This document shows positions 59,537 to 64,000 of a stretch of DNA of 64,000 nt, piece by piece (the first letter of the stretch is position 1; the number at the start of each line of letters is the position of its first letter). The position numbers and the translations under genes were made by a program. Location of the stretch: assembly GCA_963801445.1 (NCBI GenBank), contig CAWDEW010000009.1, positions 836,438-900,437 of the forward strand. The letters are read 5' to 3'. The notes beneath the pieces are model-generated. The model searched no databases. It saw only the letters and a program-made list of their open reading frames with translations, and was not told the DNA's origin. This DNA is from an uncultured Chloroflexia bacterium (lineage in GTDB: Bacteria > Chloroflexota > Limnocylindria > Limnocylindrales > CSP1-4).

Positions 59537-60046
59537 ATGACCCTTCCGAGCCGTCGCGCGGAGCTTCCGGCCGGCGGCTCGCCCGCGCCGGGGTCCGCCC
59601 GGGACATCCCGGAATCCGGTCGGGCCGGCTCGCCCCGGGCAGCCGATCCGCGTGGGCGGTGGCGGCGCTTCGCCGCGCCGGTGCCGGGACCGGACACCGT
59701 CCTGGAGATGCGGGCCCGCGAGATCCGCGAGCGGGTGGCCGCCGGCCTCGCGCCCGCGCACTGGCGGCTCCCGGGGTTCGCCGCCGACCTGGACCAGGTG
59801 CGTCGCCAGCTGCGTCCCCTGTCCACGCGGGACATGCTGGCGGCATCCTACGACCGCGAGGGAGAGCACCTCGCGACGCTCCGCCGGCTCGCCGCGGACC
59901 CGACCCGGCCGCCGCCGGCGGCCGGCGCGATGGACCTTGCGTACGCGATCCGCTGGATGGAGCTGGGCCCGCCGGGCGGGAGCCTGCCGGCGTGGCTGGC
60001 GATCCTCGACGGCGTCCCGGCCGAACCCGGGGAGCCGGGTGGCTGA
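59537..60046 (+). CDS. Hypothetical protein
   Basis: The 169-aa ORF is co-directional with, and 97 nt upstream of, proS. I recognised no domain. Confidence 0.4.
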   Translation: MTLPSRRAELPAGGSPAPGSARDIPESGRAGSPRAADPRGRWRRFAAPVPGPDTVLEMRAREIRERVAAGLAPAHWRLPGFAADLDQVRRQLRPLSTRDMLAASYDREGEHLATLRRLAADPTRPPPAAGAMDLAYAIRWMELGPPGGSLPAWLAILDGVPAEPGEPGG

Positions 60047-60143
60047 CGCGCGGGCACGGGCCACGCGTGGCGTCCAGCGCCGCCGGGCCCGCTGGTCGGT
60101 CGCCGGCCCGCGGCCTCGTCGTCCGCCCCGCTATCCTTCGGGC

Positions 60144-61838
60144 ATGCGCCTGAGTCACCTCTTCTTCACCACGCTTCGCGACGATCCCGCCGACGCGGAG
60201 ATGCCGTCGCACCGCCTCCTCGTCCGGGCCGGCTACGTCCGCCAGCTCGGGTCCGGGATCTACTCCCTCCTGCCCCTCGGCTTCCGGGCCTCGAAGCGGG
60301 TCGAGCAGGTGATCCGCGAGGAGATGGACCGGATCGGCTGCCAGGAGATGGAGATGCCGGTCGTCCACCCGGCGGAGCTCTGGAAGGAGACCGGGCGCTG
60401 GTACGCGATCGGGTCCGAGATGGCCCGCTTCAAGGACCGGGCGAACCGCGACATGGTCCTCGCGATGACTCACGAGGAGGTCGTCGCGGACCTGCTCCGC
60501 GACATCGTCAAGAGCTACCGGCAGCTGCCGATGATGGTGTATCACTTCCAGACCAAGTTCCGGGACGAGCCCCGGGCTCGCGGCGGCCTGATCCGCGTCC
60601 GCGAGTTCGTGATGAAGGATTCGTACACCTGCGACCTGGACGAGGCGGGGCTCGACCACAGCTACGAGCTGCACTACGAGGCCTACACCCGGATCTTCGA
60701 GCGCCTCGGGCTGCACGCGATCCCGGTCGCCTCGGACGTCGGGATGATGGGTGGCTCCCAGGCCCACGAGTTCATGGTCCTCAACCCGTACGGCGAGGAC
60801 GTCCTGGTCCTGTGCGAGAAGTGCGGGTTCGCGGCCAACCGCCAGGTGGCCAGCGTGCGCGTCTCCGAGCCCCCGGCGTCCGAGCCGCTGCCGCTCGAGG
60901 AGGTCGCGACCCCGGGGACGGCGACGATCGCGGACCTGGCCGCGTACCTCGGGATCAGCCCCGAGGAGACCGCCAAGGCGACCTTCTTCGCCGATCGCGA
61001 CGGCCGCCTGATCAGCGCGATCGTGCGCGGTGACATGGAGGTCAACGAGACGAAGCTCGCCAACGCCGCGAAGGCGGTCGACCTGCGCCCCGCCCGGGTC
61101 GAGGAGATCGAGGCGGCCGGGATGGTTCCGGGCTATGCGTCGCCGATCGGCGCCCACGGCACGTTCGTGGTGGTCGATGACCTGGTGGCTCGTTCCACGA
61201 ATCTCGTCGCGGGCGGCAACCATGCCGGCTTCCACCTGCGCAACGTCAACGTCCCGCGCGACTACGCGGCGGACCTGGTGACGGACCTCGCGAGCGCTCG
61301 CGAGGGCGACGGCTGCCCGAGCTGCGGCGCGCCCGTGATCCTGCGCAACGGGATCGAGGTCGGCAACATCTTCAAGCTGGGGACGAAGTACACGTCCGCG
61401 CTCGGCGCGGAGTACCTCGGCGAGGACGGCGCGCGCCACCCGATCGTGATGGGCAGCTACGGGATCGGCGTCGGCCGGGCGATGGCCTGCGTGGTCGAGG
61501 CCCACCACGACGAGAAGGGGCTCGCCTGGCCCGCGGAGGTGGCACCCTACGTCGCCCACCTCGTCACGGTCTCGGGCGCACGGGATCCCCGCGTCGACGA
61601 GGTCGCGGAGCAGCTCCACGAGCTCGCGGCGGCCAGCGGCCGGGAGCTGCTGTGGGACGACCGCGACGAGTCGCCCGGCGTCAAGTTCACCGACGCGGAG
61701 CTGCTCGGGATGCCCCGGATCCTCACGGTCAGCCCGCGCTCGCTCGCGGCCGGCGGCGTGGAGGTGACGGAGCGCGCGACCGGCGAGCGCCGTGTCGAGC
61801 CCCTCGAGGCCGTGGAGGCCTGGCTGCGCGGGTCCTGA
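60144..61838 (+). CDS. proS: Proline--tRNA ligase
   Basis: Class-II aaRS motifs and the ProRS pattern are present (MRLSHLFFTTLRDDPADAEMPSHRLLVRAGY ... FRDEPRARGGLIRVREFVMKDSY ... GSYGIGVGR). The product is 564 aa. Confidence 0.95.
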   Translation: MRLSHLFFTTLRDDPADAEMPSHRLLVRAGYVRQLGSGIYSLLPLGFRASKRVEQVIREEMDRIGCQEMEMPVVHPAELWKETGRWYAIGSEMARFKDRANRDMVLAMTHEEVVADLLRDIVKSYRQLPMMVYHFQTKFRDEPRARGGLIRVREFVMKDSYTCDLDEAGLDHSYELHYEAYTRIFERLGLHAIPVASDVGMMGGSQAHEFMVLNPYGEDVLVLCEKCGFAANRQVASVRVSEPPASEPLPLEEVATPGTATIADLAAYLGISPEETAKATFFADRDGRLISAIVRGDMEVNETKLANAAKAVDLRPARVEEIEAAGMVPGYASPIGAHGTFVVVDDLVARSTNLVAGGNHAGFHLRNVNVPRDYAADLVTDLASAREGDGCPSCGAPVILRNGIEVGNIFKLGTKYTSALGAEYLGEDGARHPIVMGSYGIGVGRAMACVVEAHHDEKGLAWPAEVAPYVAHLVTVSGARDPRVDEVAEQLHELAAASGRELLWDDRDESPGVKFTDAELLGMPRILTVSPRSLAAGGVEVTERATGERRVEPLEAVEAWLRGS

Positions 61839-61846
61839 TCGAGGCG

Positions 61847-63064
61847 ATGGACCTGCCGACAGCTCTCGCCCTCGTCGTCGCGGCGCTGGTCGGCGTCGGG
61901 GTTGGCCTGGCCTTCGGTCGCGCGCCCGCCCGCGGCGGCTCCGCTGCTCTCCTGACGACCGGCCCCGCGCCGCTGTCGACCGAGGTCTCGACCGTGCCGG
62001 TCGCAACTGGGCCCGCGCCGGCGGGCAACCGGGACCTGGACGTCCTCGTAGAGCTGGTCGGGATCGGCGTGGTGCGCCTGGCCCCCGACCTCGTGGTCCG
62101 GAGCGCCAACGAGACGGCGGCGCGCCTGCTCGGCCGGCGGACGGGCTCGCTCGATGGGCGGAGCGCGATGGAGGCCTTCACGGATCATCGCATCGAGGAG
62201 ATCGCCCGGACCGCGCTCGAGACGGGCGCGGCGACGGGCGAGGTCGTCGTGCGCACCTCGGACGCCCCGACGCTCCTGGTCCGGGCGCGCCGGACGGACG
62301 GCGGCGATGCCTGGGTCGCCTTCGAGGACGTGACCGAGCTGCGCCGCCTGCAACGGATCCGGACCGAGTTCGTGGACAACCTCTCCCACGAGCTGCGCAC
62401 GCCCCTGACGACGATCAGCCTGCTGGCGGAGACGCTCGGGCGGGACGCCGAGCAGCTGCCCGCGAAGACCGCGGAGCGGATCGGGTTGATCGAGGTGGAG
62501 ACCGGCCACCTGGTCCAGATGGTCAACGAGCTCCTCGACCTCTCCCGGATCGAGAGCGGCAGCGCCACGCTCGTCGTGGAGGAGGTCGATCTCGGCCGCA
62601 TCGCGGCGCAGACCGCCGCGCGCCTGGCCCTCTTCTCCGAGCGCCAGGGCGTCCGGATCGAGACGGAGGCTCCCGCAGCCGGCCCGAACGTTCGCGGCGA
62701 CCCGGATCGCCTCGGCCAGGCGATCCTGAACCTCCTCCACAACGCCGTGAAGTTCAGCCCGTCCGGAGCCGCGGTCACGCTGCGGGTCGCGGCCGCCGAG
62801 AGCGAGGCAATCGTGGAGGTGGAGGATCGTGGCCCGGGCATTCCCCGGGCTGCCCAGGCGCGAGTGTTCGAGCGCTTCTACAAGGTGGACCGGGCCCGAA
62901 CGCGCGCCCACGGCGGAACCGGCCTGGGGCTGGCCATCGCCCGGCACATCGTCGAGGGCCACGGCGGCCGGATCTGGCTCGAGTCGGACGAGGGCCAGGG
63001 GTCGACCTTCACCTTCGCGATCCCGCTGGCCGGGCCGGAGATCGCGGCCACGGCGGGCGCCTGA
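61847..63064 (+). CDS. Sensor histidine kinase (PAS-like sensor, HisKA, HATPase_c)
   Basis: It has an N-terminal TM helix and an H-box (FVDNLSHELRTPLT). N, G1 and G2 boxes are present (LHNAVKF, DRGPGIP, GGTGLGLAI). Confidence 0.85.
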   Translation: MDLPTALALVVAALVGVGVGLAFGRAPARGGSAALLTTGPAPLSTEVSTVPVATGPAPAGNRDLDVLVELVGIGVVRLAPDLVVRSANETAARLLGRRTGSLDGRSAMEAFTDHRIEEIARTALETGAATGEVVVRTSDAPTLLVRARRTDGGDAWVAFEDVTELRRLQRIRTEFVDNLSHELRTPLTTISLLAETLGRDAEQLPAKTAERIGLIEVETGHLVQMVNELLDLSRIESGSATLVVEEVDLGRIAAQTAARLALFSERQGVRIETEAPAAGPNVRGDPDRLGQAILNLLHNAVKFSPSGAAVTLRVAAAESEAIVEVEDRGPGIPRAAQARVFERFYKVDRARTRAHGGTGLGLAIARHIVEGHGGRIWLESDEGQGSTFTFAIPLAGPEIAATAGA

Positions 63065-63066
63065 CG

Positions 63067-63784
63067 ATGCCCGACCGCGGCAGGGCCTCGAACGCCGGGC
63101 CAGCGGTCCCTCGTGGCCCCCTGCTGCTGGCCCACCGCGGGGACCACGCGCGGGCGCCGGAGAACTCCCTCGCCGCGTTCCGGGCGGCGCTTGCCCGGCC
63201 CGGATGCGACGGGCTGGAGCTGGACGTGCGCCACGCCGCCGACGGCCTCCCGGTCATCCTCCACGACCGGTCGCTGGCCCGCGTGCAGGGTCGCTCCGAA
63301 CGAGCGGCGGACCTGCCGGCGGCCGAGCTCGCCGTGCTCGGCGTCCCGCTCCTCGCCGACCTGCTGGCGATCTGCCCACCAGGGGCGTTCCTGGACGTGG
63401 AGCTCAAGGAGGTCCCGACGATCGCGACCCTGGCGCCCCTGCGCTCCGCCCGGGGGAATCCGGAGGGCGACGCTGGTTGCGGTCGTGCTGTCCTCGTTCG
63501 ACCCGATCGCGCTCGGCGCCGCCCGCGACCTCGCCCCGAGCTGGCCCCGCTGGCTCAACGTGGAGGGAACGCTCGGCATCGCCGAGGTGGACGCTGCGCT
63601 CGCCCTGGGCTGCCCGGCGATCGCTGCCGACTGGCGCCTGATCACGTCCCGCACTGCGGCGCTCGTCCGGGAGGCCGGGCTGGACCTCGCGGCGTGGACG
63701 GTCCGCCGGCGCCCAACGCTCCGCCGCCTGGCGGCGCTGGGCGTCGTGGCGGCCTGCGTGGAGGGGGCCGCGCTGGGCGGGTGA
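63067..63784 (+). pseudogene. Glycerophosphodiester phosphodiesterase (GDPD family) split by a frameshift around 63430-63480
   Basis: The N-part in the kinase frame has the GDPD catalytic motifs (LLLAHRGDHARAPENSLAAF ... GLELDVRHAADGLPVILHD). The C-part (ATLVAVVLSSFDPIALGAARDL ...) continues in track ORF 63113..63784 in another frame. Confidence 0.7.
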
Positions 63785-63794
63785 GACGCTCCGG

Positions 63795-64000
63795 CTAGAG
63801 CGTCCGGCGCATCGCGCGAGCGGTCTGCGGGCAGCCCCCGGCGAACTGGGCAGACGCGGCGATCCCGGCGGGCGCCGCAGCCCGCTCGGCGACCGTCCAG
63901 CCGCGCGCGGCGAAGAAGGGCTCAGCCGTCTCGGTCAGGAGCCACGCTTCCGGTGTGCCGCCTTCGCGAGCCAGGTGCAGGGCGCGCTCCACGAGCGCGC
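63795..64000 (-). CDS. GNAT-family N-acetyltransferase, C-terminal fragment (gene start lies beyond the window end)
   Basis: The C-terminus is GNAT-like (ALHLAREGGTPEAWLLTETAEPFFAARGWTV). The reading frame is open to position 64000. Confidence 0.45.
   Translation of the reverse strand, partial: ALVERALHLAREGGTPEAWLLTETAEPFFAARGWTVAERAAAPAGIAASAQFAGGCPQTARAMRRTL

Overview
This is a high-GC (about 70%) bacterial chromosomal segment with dense, co-directional, often overlapping genes; the gene content suggests an Actinomycetota- or Chloroflexota-like organism. I found no rRNA, tRNA, CRISPR array, transposase or integrase. Most of the window is housekeeping and metabolic. It opens with the 3' end of an Fe-S assembly cluster (sufB end, sufD, a Rieske ferredoxin), then a penicillin-acylase-family gene, an ornithine cyclodeaminase, a membrane-bound ferritin/VIT1 fusion (MbfA-like) with a cupin gene, and an Lrp regulator. 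An lgt-plsC pair follows, then a two-gene operon for a secreted protein and a lipoprotein, the reverse-transsulfuration pair (cystathionine beta-synthase and gamma-lyase), mdh, and a large secreted S8 protease. Downstream are a pyrimidine/hydantoin catabolism-like cluster (hydantoinase, LLM flavin oxidoreductase, N-carbamoyl amidohydrolase, class-III aminotransferase, a NitT/TauT ABC importer), a TetR plus P-type ATPase operon, a K+-channel-like protein, upp, an asparaginase-II family gene, a J-domain membrane protein, a DtxR-family repressor, an MFS transporter, gltX, a PotABCD-like ABC importer, a phosphate module (OmpR-family regulator, PhoU-like DUF47, PiT), proS, a sensor kinase and a glycerophosphodiester phosphodiesterase. 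The most unusual locus is a gene pair inserted into the pyrimidine-catabolism cluster at 29477-32451. It encodes a large protein with an N-terminal LQ..AGNRAV motif (DUF4157-like effector motif) and an HExxH zinc-peptidase motif, translationally coupled to an unknown 267-aa partner. The sequence also carries at least five single-nucleotide frameshift-like disruptions, in lgt, an ABC ATPase, the P-type ATPase, an ABC binding protein and the GDPD gene. Their number and 3'-end placement make assembly indel errors more likely than pseudogenisation. Gene starts that I chose by hand counting may be off by 1-3 nt.
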